A stretch of 64,000 nucleotides of DNA from Planctomycetota bacterium (GTDB taxonomy: Bacteria > Planctomycetota > UBA1135 > UBA2386), in the NCBI GenBank assembly GCA_965223545.1, contig OZ245006.1, positions 5,792,001-5,856,000 on the forward strand. Direction: 5' to 3'. Shown piece after piece: positions 10,201 through 18,967 of the stretch. The translations under genes were made by a program, and so were the position numbers. How positions within the stretch are numbered: the stretch's first letter is position 1; each line of letters begins with the position of its first letter. The notes under the pieces are model-generated. The model made no database searches. It was given only the letters and a program-made list of their open reading frames with translations, and was not told where the DNA came from.

Positions 10201-10832
10201 ACGTCGATGGACTGCAGCTGGTGTTGCCGCAGGCCGGCGAGGTGCGCGGCACCGTGATCGACGGCAGCGGGCTGCCGGTCGCCGGCGCCGAGGTGCACTA
10301 CGAGCGCGAAGACGAGCCGCCGGCCGGTCTCGATCTGTTCGGCATCGCGCTGCGGCCGGCGCGCACCGACGCCGAGGGCGCGTTCGTCATGCGCGGTGTG
10401 ACGCCGGGCCGCTACCGGCTGCGCGCCGATCTGGAGGGCAGCGCACCCGGGCTCGCCGAGGGCGTCGTCGTGCGCGAGGGCGCGGCGAGCGAGGTCGTGC
10501 TGCAGCTGGTGCGCGGCGCGACGCTGCGCATCCGGGTCACCAACATGGACGGCTCTCGCGTGCCCGACGCGCGGGTCACCGTGCTCGATGGCTCGGGCCG
10601 CCCGCTGGCGCGCAAGGTCTCGGTCGCTTCGGTGTTCCGCCGCCTGGTCGGCAACAGCGGCCAGCGCGACAGCGGCTGGTACGAGATCGGCGATGTGCCA
10701 CCCGACACCTACACCATCGTGGTCACGGAAGAGGGCCACCCGGAGCTACGCGTAACGCGGGACGTGCGCGATGGCGAGGTCGTCGAGTGGGTGGTGGACA
10801 TGGTCGCCGAACTCGAGCGCGCGGGGCGCTAG
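7209..10832 (+). CDS. Large membrane-anchored protein with repeated carboxypeptidase-regulatory-like beta-sandwich domains
   Basis: ATGA overlap with the kinase stop, an N-terminal TM, and many GRVVD..G.PV.GA.V...TD..G.F...G..PG.Y repeats. Confidence 0.85.
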   Translation: MTEPRSKATQERTRTLVTAGIAALLLASLVWWAVPLFSTAAPAPAPGSEGSTLQGDLAAQPDDIDGRLRARIVAEASASSPATGVRGRVVAAADGRPLADVEVVALRRPPSLERLWSRVVGLLRHGMWTDAGQLPEVLGRTTTDTSGRFELLRLAPGRVYLDARSSKVFVRTPRAVRVARGEVRDGIELLGVPAGALRGQVFTPVGSAAAGARLTAVPGINKFFVHLTQRTLRWFDVEADAEGRFSILGVPAGDYVVVANHPSMALLEEVGVEVRAGETTTLELHGRAGAEISGVVLDPEGAPATAATVSLIFADEQRALFSSQGRSAPWPVDRAGRFRIPRVASGRVAIAAHAEGLAPSPVQVLYVVDDAPHTDLVLELQPGDALRGRVVDGQDEPLADAVVSAWPVHLPTDADVTLGMLKIRKVTARSDADGAFAIPGLDAERLVVRADKPGYATAFHFGARLDDEPLVVRLMRGATVRGRVVDENGEPKARYAVQALARPRGGDEDTRRRGPLWAAAFGSEPQQMQFREGKDLADFGIEGDWVDVVAEDGRFSLDGVPPGRVRVRVRVEGSASPDEQYVDLLPGAVSPELEFVAGAGITVSGRVVDAESGAGVPGAQVTGHRAGVQRRGLIANLELEDFDFLGLSANSGRRSALTGRQGEFAITGIEPGRYRFVARHPDRAKSAGVQLELVADETPEPLRLELGSGGAIAGRVTGAGRQPVEDALVVALSLSAGAMKGGATDARGRYRIEGLTPGQYVVFKSRIADYTRNVAYDLLGNMRLKTAAVRAGRTAQVDIHDAEEGTVRVYGVVRDGGQPVANVMVSALSHDAEGILGMGVRAQPTDDAGAYELVGMKPGRYYLQVTRFMGRRQQADTAFDIPEGVAQVRVDLDLPQSVVRGHVLDADGQPVGDVIVQVGVERGAAGLDAGDAPSGLLGVLLQNNVLQVRSASDGSFALRGLGPAVYRVVAAGRRLTGARRDLYGDAIAGGIAVDGVHDVDGLQLVLPQAGEVRGTVIDGSGLPVAGAEVHYEREDEPPAGLDLFGIALRPARTDAEGAFVMRGVTPGRYRLRADLEGSAPGLAEGVVVREGAASEVVLQLVRGATLRIRVTNMDGSRVPDARVTVLDGSGRPLARKVSVASVFRRLVGNSGQRDSGWYEIGDVPPDTYTIVVTEEGHPELRVTRDVRDGEVVEWVVDMVAELERAGR

Positions 10833-10837
10833 CGCGA

Positions 10838-11554
10838 GTGGCGGAGCGCCCCGGCGAGAGCGGCCGCGTCGCCGTCGTCATCCCGGTGTTCAACGAGGAG
10901 CGCAGTCTGCCGCTGGTGCTGGCCGAGCTGCCCGGTGAACTCGTCGACACGGTGTTCGTCGTCGACAATGGCAGCACGGACCGCAGCGCAGAGGTCGCCG
11001 CCCGCGCCGGCGCCCGCGTCGTGCCGCAGCCCGAGCGCGGCTATGGCGCGGCGTGCCTGGCGGGCATCGGGGCCACCGAGGGCCACGCCATCGTCGTCTT
11101 CCTCGACGGCGACTACTCGGACTACCCCGACGACCTGCGCGCGCTGCTGCCGCCGGTGCGCGACGGCGAGGCCGACCTGGTCATCGGCAGTCGCGCGCTG
11201 CTGCCGGAGTCCCGCGCCGCCCTCCTGCCGCAGGCGCGGTTCGGCAACTGGCTGGCGACGCGGCTGATGCGCTGGCTGTTCGGCATCCGCGCCACCGATC
11301 TGGGCCCGTTCCGCGTCATCCGCCGCGACGCGCTGATGCGACTGGGAATGCGGGATCGCAACTTCGGCTGGACCGTCGAGATGCAGCTGCGGGCGGCGCG
11401 CGCCGGTCTGCGGGTCCGCGAGCTGCCGGTGCGCTACCGCAAGCGCATCGGCCAGAGCAAGATCACCGGCACGCTCAGGGGCACGGTGATGGCCGGCTGG
11501 GTCATCCTCAGCACCATCGCGCGCTTTCGCTGGTCGCCGCCGGATCGGGGGTGA
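10838..11554 (+). CDS. Glycosyltransferase family 2
   Basis: VIPVFNEE, VVDNGSTD, RGYGAAC, FLDGDYSD, DLGPFR and FGWTVEMQ. Confidence 0.92.
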   Translation: MAERPGESGRVAVVIPVFNEERSLPLVLAELPGELVDTVFVVDNGSTDRSAEVAARAGARVVPQPERGYGAACLAGIGATEGHAIVVFLDGDYSDYPDDLRALLPPVRDGEADLVIGSRALLPESRAALLPQARFGNWLATRLMRWLFGIRATDLGPFRVIRRDALMRLGMRDRNFGWTVEMQLRAARAGLRVRELPVRYRKRIGQSKITGTLRGTVMAGWVILSTIARFRWSPPDRG

Positions 11555-11856
11555 GCGCGGATCTGACACACTCGCCCGAATCGACAAGCATGCGATCGAC
11601 ATCGGTTGACAAACAGGATGGCCGCTCTTGCCCGATGCCAGAAGGAGTCGATGGCGTGCTCGGCCGAGATTCCTCCGGCGACCTGACTTGGTTGCACCAC
11701 TCACTACTTGACGAGCACCAAGGAACAATGCTGGCTGTCGTTCCGTCGAGCTCTTTCACCCACGCGCCGCGTGGATGCGATGCCACTCCGCGACGCTCAA
11801 CGATGCGGCGTCCGCAGCACAGGCTTCGCGTCGTGACACGCAGAGTGTTCGTGAGT

Positions 11857-12678
11857 CTAAGTCGAAGACTTGTCAAGCTCCGCAGCCGTATCCGCAAAGA
11901 CACCAGCGAAATCCGTTGCCTCACGTTCGGTCTGGCCGCCGCTCTTGAGAAACGCCGCGATGATAGCCTGGGTCTTCTCTTCGGCGGCACGCTCAAGGAA
12001 GTAGCGCAACTCAATCGCAGCGCCTGCGGCTTCGTCACGAATTGAAGCATTCACAATGTCCTTGTACATCGCCACGTCACGCAAATCCCTGGACCTTAGC
12101 GTAGCCAGAATACCTTCGAGGTAGTCATCAAGCTCCGCCTTGGGCACATACTTCGTGATGATGTTCAACGCCTCTGCGTCCTGCGCAGAAATGTCCTCTC
12201 CGGTCAAGAGGAACTGCATCGCCTTCTTCCGGCCCATGCGACGGGCGAACTGAACGCCCCCTTGTCCGCCGGTCGGAATGTTGACCCCAATCTCGGGTTG
12301 CGCGAATGCGGCGTTCTCAGTGCCATAAGTGATATCGCAAGCCATCGTGAACTCATTTCCGCCGCCGCGCGCGAAGCCGTCGACAACAGCGATGGACAGT
12401 TGTGGCAAAGATTTGACGTTATTGATCATCTCCGCGAAGGCGTAGATCCCTGCTTGGCCTTCGGAGGTTCCGTTGATCGTCTTCAGATCAAGATGGGCTA
12501 CGAAGAACTGCGGGTTGGCTGACTTAAAGACAATGGCCCTAGTCTCCTGGTCACCCTTCAGGGAATAGAAGAACTCATTCATCTCACTGATGACATCCAC
12601 TGTCCAGATGTTGGCCGGTGGATTATCGATGACAACGGTCTTGATGCCGTCGTCGGTCGTGATGCGTAGCTTGCTCAT
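11857..12678 (-). CDS. Enoyl-CoA hydratase/isomerase family protein
   Basis: IDNPPAN, ARGGGNEF and AQPEIGVNI; codon usage visibly more AT-rich than the neighbours. Confidence 0.9.
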   Translation of the reverse strand: MSKLRITTDDGIKTVVIDNPPANIWTVDVISEMNEFFYSLKGDQETRAIVFKSANPQFFVAHLDLKTINGTSEGQAGIYAFAEMINNVKSLPQLSIAVVDGFARGGGNEFTMACDITYGTENAAFAQPEIGVNIPTGGQGGVQFARRMGRKKAMQFLLTGEDISAQDAEALNIITKYVPKAELDDYLEGILATLRSRDLRDVAMYKDIVNASIRDEAAGAAIELRYFLERAAEEKTQAIIAAFLKSGGQTEREATDFAGVFADTAAELDKSST

Positions 12679-12820
12679 CGTAGATCGCGCGTTTGCCTGG
12701 TTCGGGATGACTACACGCGCCACAAGAGGGTGCCCGCGCGTCGTTCTCAGCTCTTGATGCACCATGCCGTGCCAAGTATCTTGTTGCAACCAGGTACATT
12801 TTGGTGACTTAGTATACAGC

Positions 12821-13201
12821 GTGGCAAAAAAGCATGTCCGGCGTGATGGCCTGTGCCCGATCGAGCGCGTCATCGATGTCTTCGGTGGCAGGTGGAAACC
12901 AGCGATAGTTCACGCTTTGGAACTAGAGGGTACCCTTCGATTCAACGAGATCCGGAGACTGGTCTCAGGTGTCACCCAGCGCATGCTGACCCAACAACTG
13001 CGAGGCCTGGAGCGAGACGGAATCGTCTCGCGGCGGCACTTTCCCGAGATCCCACCTCGCGTCGAGTACACACTTACGAAGCTCGGCCGGAGCTTGGGGC
13101 CAGTCGGCCGAGCTATTGAGGCCTGGGGCAGTAGCCACATGGCGGACGTGGAGAAATCTCGCAAGAGCTACGATCAAGTGAACGGAAATGCCCCCTCTTG
13201 A
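12821..13201 (+). CDS. HxlR family winged-helix transcriptional regulator
   Basis: CPIERVIDVFGGRWK, RFNEI, MLTQQLRGLERDG and PPRVEYTLT. Divergent from the hydratase. GTG start assumed. Confidence 0.92.
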   Translation: MAKKHVRRDGLCPIERVIDVFGGRWKPAIVHALELEGTLRFNEIRRLVSGVTQRMLTQQLRGLERDGIVSRRHFPEIPPRVEYTLTKLGRSLGPVGRAIEAWGSSHMADVEKSRKSYDQVNGNAPS

Positions 13202-13685
13202 GTGTTCGAAACAACGGGTGTGAGTTCGTGCAGCAGTTGACCGGAACAGCGCGATCGGGGGCTTACAAGCTCGTTGTGTCGGGTCACCTCGCCGGCTGCT
13301 GGGGGGGAACCGTTCTCCCACGACGCCCCCGGGGTATCGTCAACCGCTCCCTCTATCGCTATTCCGGCACCTTGAACGGCCATCGCCGGAGGTGTTCCGA
13401 TTCTTCTCGACCGAGCCCTCGAAAACCAACCGCGACTCCGATCGCCGATGGCTCGCCGGCCTCTCGCAGCCGGTGGAGCCGGGTCCCTGCATGACCACAT
13501 GATCACGTCGCGTCCCACAGGGTGACACGCCGACACGCCCGAGAACCTCACGACCTCATCGAGAGTTCGCCGTTGCCGAAGCGCCGGAGCAGGGGGCAGG
13601 CCACGAGCTTGCACTCGAGCCGGCCCAGGGCGCCGGATCGGCCCCAGCGTGTGCATGCGGAGGACGGCCGGGTATCGTCCCGGCG

Positions 13686-15788
13686 ATGGACAGCCGCTAC
13701 CGCGAGGGCGAAGCGCGCGAATGTATGGAGCGCTATGGCGCCCGCTGGGGCGAGGATCTGGCGCAACGCATCTACACCGCGCGGCTGCTCGGTGCCGACG
13801 CCAAGCTCGTGCTGCACGGCGGCGGCAACACGTCGGTCAAGACCGCGCAGCCGTCGGTGTTCGGCGAGCCGCTCGAGGTGCTCTGCGTCAAAGGCAGTGG
13901 ACACGATCTGGCGCGGATTGGTCCCGACGGTTTGCCGGCGTTGGAGCTCGAGCCGCTGCGCCGGCTGCAGTCACTGGCGACGCTGTCGGATGCGGAGATG
14001 GTCAACCAGGTGCGGGGCCGCTTGCTCGACGCGACCGCACCCAACCCGTCGATCGAGACCCTGCTGCACGCGTTCTTGCCGCACAAGTTCGTCGACCACA
14101 CCCACGCCGACGCGGTCTTGGAGCTGACCAACCAGCCGCGTGCCCAAGACCTTCTCAACGAGGTGTACGGTGAGCGGGTCGCCGTGTTGCCGTGGATCAT
14201 GCCCGGCTTCCCGCTCGCGCGGGCGGTGCTCGAGGCCTGGCAGCAGCAGCCCGACTGCGAGGGCGTGGTGCTCATGCAGCACGGGCTCTTGACCTTTGGG
14301 GAGACCGCGCGCGAGAGCTACGAGCGCATGGTCGGGCTCGTCGACTTGGCCGAGCGGTTCGTCGACGCAGCGCAGCCTTCCGCGCCGCCCGCGGCGACGG
14401 GGGCGCCGCCTGCGGCGGCGCGCGCGCGGGCCGCCGCGGTGCTGCCGGTGGTGCGCGGCGCGTTGGCGCACGCCGCCGACGGGCGCTTGGGAACGCGCCA
14501 CCGCCGCCTGGTCGGCGTCTGGCGCGGGGCGGCCGACCTGGTCGAGATCTCGTCGCGGTCGACGACCCCGGAGCGCGTCCGGCGCGGTCCGTTGACGCCG
14601 GACCACGTGATCCGCACGCGGCCGCGCTACCTGTACCTCGACGGGGATGCCGCCGCCGATCCGGCCGCTTGCCGGGCGGCGGTGGCCGGCTTTGCCGAGG
14701 ATTACCGCCGCTACTACGACGAGCACGCGACCGCCGTCGGCGCCGACGCGCCGATGATGGACCCGGAGCCGCGGGTCGTCGTGGTCGAGGGCTGCGGCGT
14801 GCTGGCGTTTGGCGAGGACGTCGCCGCCGCCGGCATCGCGGGCGACATCGCCGAGCAGACGCTGCGCTCGATCGAGCGCGCCTGCGCCGTCGGTGACTAC
14901 CAGCCGCTGCCGCCGGCGGCGCTGTTCGAGATCGAATACTGGGGACTCGAGCTGTACAAGCTGCGCGACCGAGTGGCGTCCGCGCTGAGTGGTCAGGTCG
15001 CGCTGGTGACCGGCGCCGCCGGCGCGATCGGCGCCGGCATCGCGGGCGAGTTGCTCGCCGCCGGCGCGCACGTCGTGATCAGCGATCTGGACGGCGAGCG
15101 TCTGGCGCGCGTCGAGGCGCGGCTGGCGGCCGAGCACGCAAACGCGCGGATCGTCGCGGTGACCGCCGACCAGACCGACGGCGCGCAGGTGGCGGCGATG
15201 TTCGAGGCCGCGGTGATGGCGTTCGGCGGTGTCGACGTGGTGGTGCCCAACGCCGGCATCGCGCACGTCTCGACCTTGGGTGACATGGATCGCGCCGCGT
15301 TCGAGCGGGTGATGGCGGTCAACACCACCGGCACGATGCTGGTCTTACGCGAGGCGGCGCGGGTGTTCGGCGCGCAACGGACTGGCGGTGCCGTCGTCGT
15401 GCAGAGCAGCAAGAACGTGTTCGACCCCGGTGCCGGCTTCGGCGCCTACTCGGCCAGCAAAGCCGCCGCCCACCAGCTCGGCAAGGTCGCCGCGCTCGAG
15501 CTGGCGCCGCTCGGCGTGCGCGTCAATATGGTCAACGCCGACGCCGTGTTCGGCGACGACGAGGTGCCGAGCGGCCTGTGGGCCGAGGTCGGCCCCGACC
15601 GCATGCGTGCCCGCGGGTTGGACCCCGAGGGGTTGCGCGCGTTCTACCGCGACCGCAGCCTGCTCAAGCAGACCGTGCTGCCGGCGCATGTCGGTCAGGC
15701 GGTGGTGTTCTTCGCCGCCGGGCTGACGCCGACCACGGGAGCGACGTTGCCGGTCGACGCCGGGGTCGCGGGGGCGTTCCCGCGGTGA
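13686..15788 (+). CDS. Bifunctional class II aldolase/short-chain dehydrogenase (RhaD/RhaEW-like)
   Basis: HGGGNTSVK, PSIETLLH, VDHTHAD and TPDHVIRT, followed by SDR motifs TGAAGAIG, NAGI and YSASK. Confidence 0.92.
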   Translation: MDSRYREGEARECMERYGARWGEDLAQRIYTARLLGADAKLVLHGGGNTSVKTAQPSVFGEPLEVLCVKGSGHDLARIGPDGLPALELEPLRRLQSLATLSDAEMVNQVRGRLLDATAPNPSIETLLHAFLPHKFVDHTHADAVLELTNQPRAQDLLNEVYGERVAVLPWIMPGFPLARAVLEAWQQQPDCEGVVLMQHGLLTFGETARESYERMVGLVDLAERFVDAAQPSAPPAATGAPPAAARARAAAVLPVVRGALAHAADGRLGTRHRRLVGVWRGAADLVEISSRSTTPERVRRGPLTPDHVIRTRPRYLYLDGDAAADPAACRAAVAGFAEDYRRYYDEHATAVGADAPMMDPEPRVVVVEGCGVLAFGEDVAAAGIAGDIAEQTLRSIERACAVGDYQPLPPAALFEIEYWGLELYKLRDRVASALSGQVALVTGAAGAIGAGIAGELLAAGAHVVISDLDGERLARVEARLAAEHANARIVAVTADQTDGAQVAAMFEAAVMAFGGVDVVVPNAGIAHVSTLGDMDRAAFERVMAVNTTGTMLVLREAARVFGAQRTGGAVVVQSSKNVFDPGAGFGAYSASKAAAHQLGKVAALELAPLGVRVNMVNADAVFGDDEVPSGLWAEVGPDRMRARGLDPEGLRAFYRDRSLLKQTVLPAHVGQAVVFFAAGLTPTTGATLPVDAGVAGAFPR

Positions 15789-16741
15789 CCGCCGAGGCCG
15801 CGATCGAGGTCGCCGACCTGCACAAGGTGTACGGCAGTGGCGCCAACGCGGTGCACGCCGTGCGCGGCCTCGATCTCACCGTACCGCGTGGTGTGGTGTT
15901 CGGCCTGCTCGGCCCCAACGGCGCCGGCAAGACGACGACGGTGGAGATCTGCGAGGGCCTGTCCAAGCCGACCTCGGGGTCGGTGCGCGTGCTCGGCTGC
16001 ACGTGGGGCCGCGGCGACGACCTCGCGCTGCGCCAGCGGCTCGGGGTGACCCTGCAGGAGACCCGCTTCTTCGAGAAGCAGACCGTGCGCGAGCTGATCG
16101 CGCTGTTCCACAGCTTCTACGATCGCGGCCGCTCGGTGGACGAGTGCATCGACGCTCTCCAGCTCGGCGAGAAAGCGAATGCCCGCACCAAGGACCTCTC
16201 GGGTGGGCAGCGTCAGCGGTTGGCGATCGCCTGCGCCCTGGTCGGCGAACCCGAGCTGCTGTTTCTGGACGAGCCGACCACCGGTCTCGACCCGCAGTCG
16301 CGCCGCCAGCTCTGGGATGTGATTCTGCAGTTTCGGCAAGCCGGCGGCTCGGTGTTGCTGACGACGCACTACATGGAAGAGGCCGAGCAGCTGTGCGACG
16401 CGGTGGCGATCGTCGACCACGGTGCCTGCATCGCGCGCGGTACGCCGGCCGAGCTGGTGGCGTCGGTCGGTGGCGACCACGTCGTCGAGGTCCGCGCTGC
16501 CGGCCTCGAGGCCGCCGTCGACGAGGCCGCGCTGGCGCGGCTGCCGGGGGTGCGCGGCGTGCGGCGCGACGGCGACGTCGCCGTGCTGACCGTGCAGGCA
16601 GTGCACCGCGCCGTGCCGTCGCTGCTGCAGGAGATCGCCACCGCCGGCCTCGAGCTGGATGGGTTGGCGACCCGCCACACTTCGCTCGAGGACGTGTTCG
16701 TGCAACTGACCGGTCGCCACTTGCGCGAGGGGGAGGCGTGA
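15785..16741 (+). CDS. ABC transporter ATP-binding protein (ABC-2/DrrA type)
   Basis: GPNGAGKTT, LSGGQRQR, LFLDEPTTGLDP and TTHYMEEA; GTGA overlap with the upstream gene. Confidence 0.95.
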   Translation: MTAEAAIEVADLHKVYGSGANAVHAVRGLDLTVPRGVVFGLLGPNGAGKTTTVEICEGLSKPTSGSVRVLGCTWGRGDDLALRQRLGVTLQETRFFEKQTVRELIALFHSFYDRGRSVDECIDALQLGEKANARTKDLSGGQRQRLAIACALVGEPELLFLDEPTTGLDPQSRRQLWDVILQFRQAGGSVLLTTHYMEEAEQLCDAVAIVDHGACIARGTPAELVASVGGDHVVEVRAAGLEAAVDEAALARLPGVRGVRRDGDVAVLTVQAVHRAVPSLLQEIATAGLELDGLATRHTSLEDVFVQLTGRHLREGEA

Positions 16742-17766
16742 GGCAGCGGGTCGTGCGCGAGCTCGTGCTCACCACGCTGCGCGAGTTCCTGCGCTCGCGC
16801 GAGGCGGTGTTCTGGACCTACGGCTTTCCGGTGTTGATGGCGGTGGTGTTGGGGCTGGCGTTCTCGCGCGACGCGCCCGAGCCGCTGCGCGTCGCGGTCG
16901 TCGGCGCGCCGGCGGAGACCCTCGAGCTGCTGCGCGAGGCCGGTGGGCTGGAAGTGCGCTCGCTGGCAGCGGAGGAGGCCGAGCAGGCTCTGGCGTCGGC
17001 GTCGACCGACTTGATCGTCACCGGGCCTGCCGATGCACCGGTGCTGACGCGCGATCCGGTGCGCGTCGAGTCGCGCCTGGCCTATGCCGAGGTCGACGGT
17101 CTGCTGCAGCGGAGCGCCGGCCGGGCGGATCCCGTGCCGGTCGTGGAGGGCGAGCTCGGCGGCTCCTTCGAGCGCTACATCGACCTGCTGATCCCCGGCC
17201 TGATCGGGCTCAACCTGCTCGGTGCCGGCCTTTGGGGCATCGGCTTCAACCTGGTCGACATGCGTGCCAAGCATTTGCTGCGGCGGCTGGTCGTCGCGCC
17301 GATGCTGCGCGCCGAGTTCCTGCTGGCGTTCTTGCTGTCACGCTTGGGGTTGGTGGTGATCGACGCGCTGTTGATCCTCGCCTTCGGCATGCTGGCGTTC
17401 GATGTGCCGGTGCGCGGTTCGTGGGTGCTGCTGGTCGCGGTGATCGCGCTGAGTGCGACGGCGTTCACCGGTGTCGGCCTGCTGGTCGCGGCGCGGCCCC
17501 GCACCATCGAGGGTGTCGCCGGCATCATGAACCTCGTGTCGATGCCGATGTGGCTGTTGTGCGGCAGCTTCTTCAAGACGTCGTACTTCCCCGACTTCGT
17601 CCAGCCGCTGGTGCAGATCTTGCCGCTGACGCACGCCAACGACGCGCTGCGTGCGGTGATGCTGCAGGGTGCCGGCGTGGCCGAGATCTGGCCGCAGCTG
17701 GCCTATCTCGGCGGCTTCGCGGTGGCGATGTTCGCCGCTGCGCTGCGTTGGTTCCGCTGGGTCTGA
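16738..17766 (+). CDS. ABC-2 type permease
   Basis: VFWTYGFP, YIDLLIPGLIG, PLTHANDALR and multiple TM helices; GTGA overlap. Confidence 0.92.
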   Translation: MRQRVVRELVLTTLREFLRSREAVFWTYGFPVLMAVVLGLAFSRDAPEPLRVAVVGAPAETLELLREAGGLEVRSLAAEEAEQALASASTDLIVTGPADAPVLTRDPVRVESRLAYAEVDGLLQRSAGRADPVPVVEGELGGSFERYIDLLIPGLIGLNLLGAGLWGIGFNLVDMRAKHLLRRLVVAPMLRAEFLLAFLLSRLGLVVIDALLILAFGMLAFDVPVRGSWVLLVAVIALSATAFTGVGLLVAARPRTIEGVAGIMNLVSMPMWLLCGSFFKTSYFPDFVQPLVQILPLTHANDALRAVMLQGAGVAEIWPQLAYLGGFAVAMFAAALRWFRWV

Positions 17767-17782
17767 GACCAGCGGGTCCGTC

Positions 17783-17998
17783 TCACCGACCGGAGGGCGG
17801 GCACGGCTGGCATTGCGGCGGGCACGGCACCGGCGTGCACTTCGAAGGCGGGCAAACTGTCGGCGGACACTGCGAAGGCGGGCACTGCGGCGCCGGCTGG
17901 CTGCAGCACGGCGGGCAGCAGTCCAGTGTGCCGCCGCCGGCGGCTGGCGCGGCGAAGGCGAGCAGGACGGGGAAGGTCAGCGTCAGAATCGCGTTCAT
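17783..17998 (-). CDS. Small secreted Cys/Pro-rich peptide (71 aa, 11 Cys)
   Basis: GGAG RBS upstream of the ATG, signal-peptide-like MNAILTLTFPVLLAFA, mature part CCPPCC...(xxCPP)n, and a candidate promoter upstream. Confidence 0.75.
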   Translation of the reverse strand: MNAILTLTFPVLLAFAAPAAGGGTLDCCPPCCSQPAPQCPPSQCPPTVCPPSKCTPVPCPPQCQPCPPSGR

Positions 17999-18036
17999 GG
18001 TTTTTGACTCCACGGTCGTTGGTCAGAGAACGCTGC

Positions 18037-18067
18037 TTTGGACACCCGTGCGCTCGACGTGCATTCC
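18037..18067 (-). promoter_or_regulatory. Putative ECF sigma promoter for the Cys-rich peptide
   Basis: Minus strand reads GGAAT-N18-TGTCCAAA, with the same spacing as the motif at 19581-19611. Confidence 0.65.
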
Positions 18068-18083
18068 GCGCTCGGGCGCAGAA

Positions 18084-18524
18084 TCACTCCTGCTCGCGCA
18101 GCAGATCGGCGGGGCCACCGCAGCTGCGCAGCAAGGTCGCGATCTGTTCGTCGTTGAGCACGGCGCGCACGCGCAGCACGGTCTCGACGGAGTTGAGCAG
18201 GCAGCGCGCCTGCAGCTCGCCGATCTCGGCCGCCAGCCGCCGGCTGCGCTCGGGGTCGAGGCTGGCGCGCGTCAGGGCCGTGCTCAGCTCTTGGCGCAGT
18301 GCGGCCAAGTCTTCGCGCAGCACCGAGCGCTCCGAGCAGCAGTTGGCGCAGTCCTCTTCGAGCGCGGTGCGCTGCGCCGGGGTCAGCTCGAGAGCGGCGA
18401 TGTCGGGAGCCGGCGCGGCGGGGGGTCGGTCGGCCCCGTCGCCGGAAACCCACTGCAACGCGTTGAGCAGCAGGCTGCAGCACAGCGCGCCGAGCAGGGC
18501 GCAGGTGGAGAGTCGGAGCGTCAT
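18084..18524 (-). CDS. Periplasmic heavy-metal sensor / Spy-CpxP-like LTxxQ protein, Cys-rich
   Basis: TM ending SLLLN, LELTPAQR and VLNDEQ motifs, helical body, CANCC cluster; overlaps the anti-sigma stop. Confidence 0.75.
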   Translation of the reverse strand: MTLRLSTCALLGALCCSLLLNALQWVSGDGADRPPAAPAPDIAALELTPAQRTALEEDCANCCSERSVLREDLAALRQELSTALTRASLDPERSRRLAAEIGELQARCLLNSVETVLRVRAVLNDEQIATLLRSCGGPADLLREQE

Positions 18525-18967
18525 CGTCGTTCTTTCAACAGTGCGTCGATCAAGCGGGCTTCGGGCGGCCAGCGCACGCTGGTGGCGTCGCGCAGCACGA
18601 GGCCGGGATCGAGATGGGTGAGGGGTGCGGGCCACTCCGGCGTCGCTTCGGGCGTGCGCGGCGTGGCGGCGGCGACGCCGAGTGCGGCCGTCGCGGTGAG
18701 CAGGGCACCGGCGGCAATCGCCGTCAGCTGCCGCAGGTGTGCGTGCCGGCGGCGTGCGCGGTTGCGCGCGAACAGCGCGCCGAGGTCTTGCGCCGGTGCG
18801 CGGGTCCGGCGCAGTGGCGCCAGTCGGTCGTGCAGGTGGCGGAGGCCCGCCCTCGCCGCCGCGCACGGCGCGCAGGTGGCGACGTGTTGGTCCAGCGCGG
18901 CGCCCTCGGCAATGGGCAGCTCGCCGTCGAATGCAGCCGAGAGCTGCGCGAATCGATCACATTCCAT
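18521..18967 (-). CDS. Zinc-finger (zf-HC2/ZAS) anti-sigma factor
   Basis: MEC....LSAAFDGEL......LDQHVATCAPC (HxxxCxxC) followed by one TM. Confidence 0.9.
   Translation of the reverse strand: MECDRFAQLSAAFDGELPIAEGAALDQHVATCAPCAAARAGLRHLHDRLAPLRRTRAPAQDLGALFARNRARRRHAHLRQLTAIAAGALLTATAALGVAAATPRTPEATPEWPAPLTHLDPGLVLRDATSVRWPPEARLIDALLKERR

Noticed and set aside
13202..13685. Short ORFs or an IS remnant after HxlR
   Set aside because: No recognisable transposase motif, terminal inverted repeat or coding-like frame.
15785..17998. ABC exporter as a dedicated RiPP transporter for the Cys-rich peptide (GG motif in AAGGG)
   Set aside because: The genes are convergent, there is no peptidase domain or modifying enzyme, and the peptide has an ordinary Sec-like signal.
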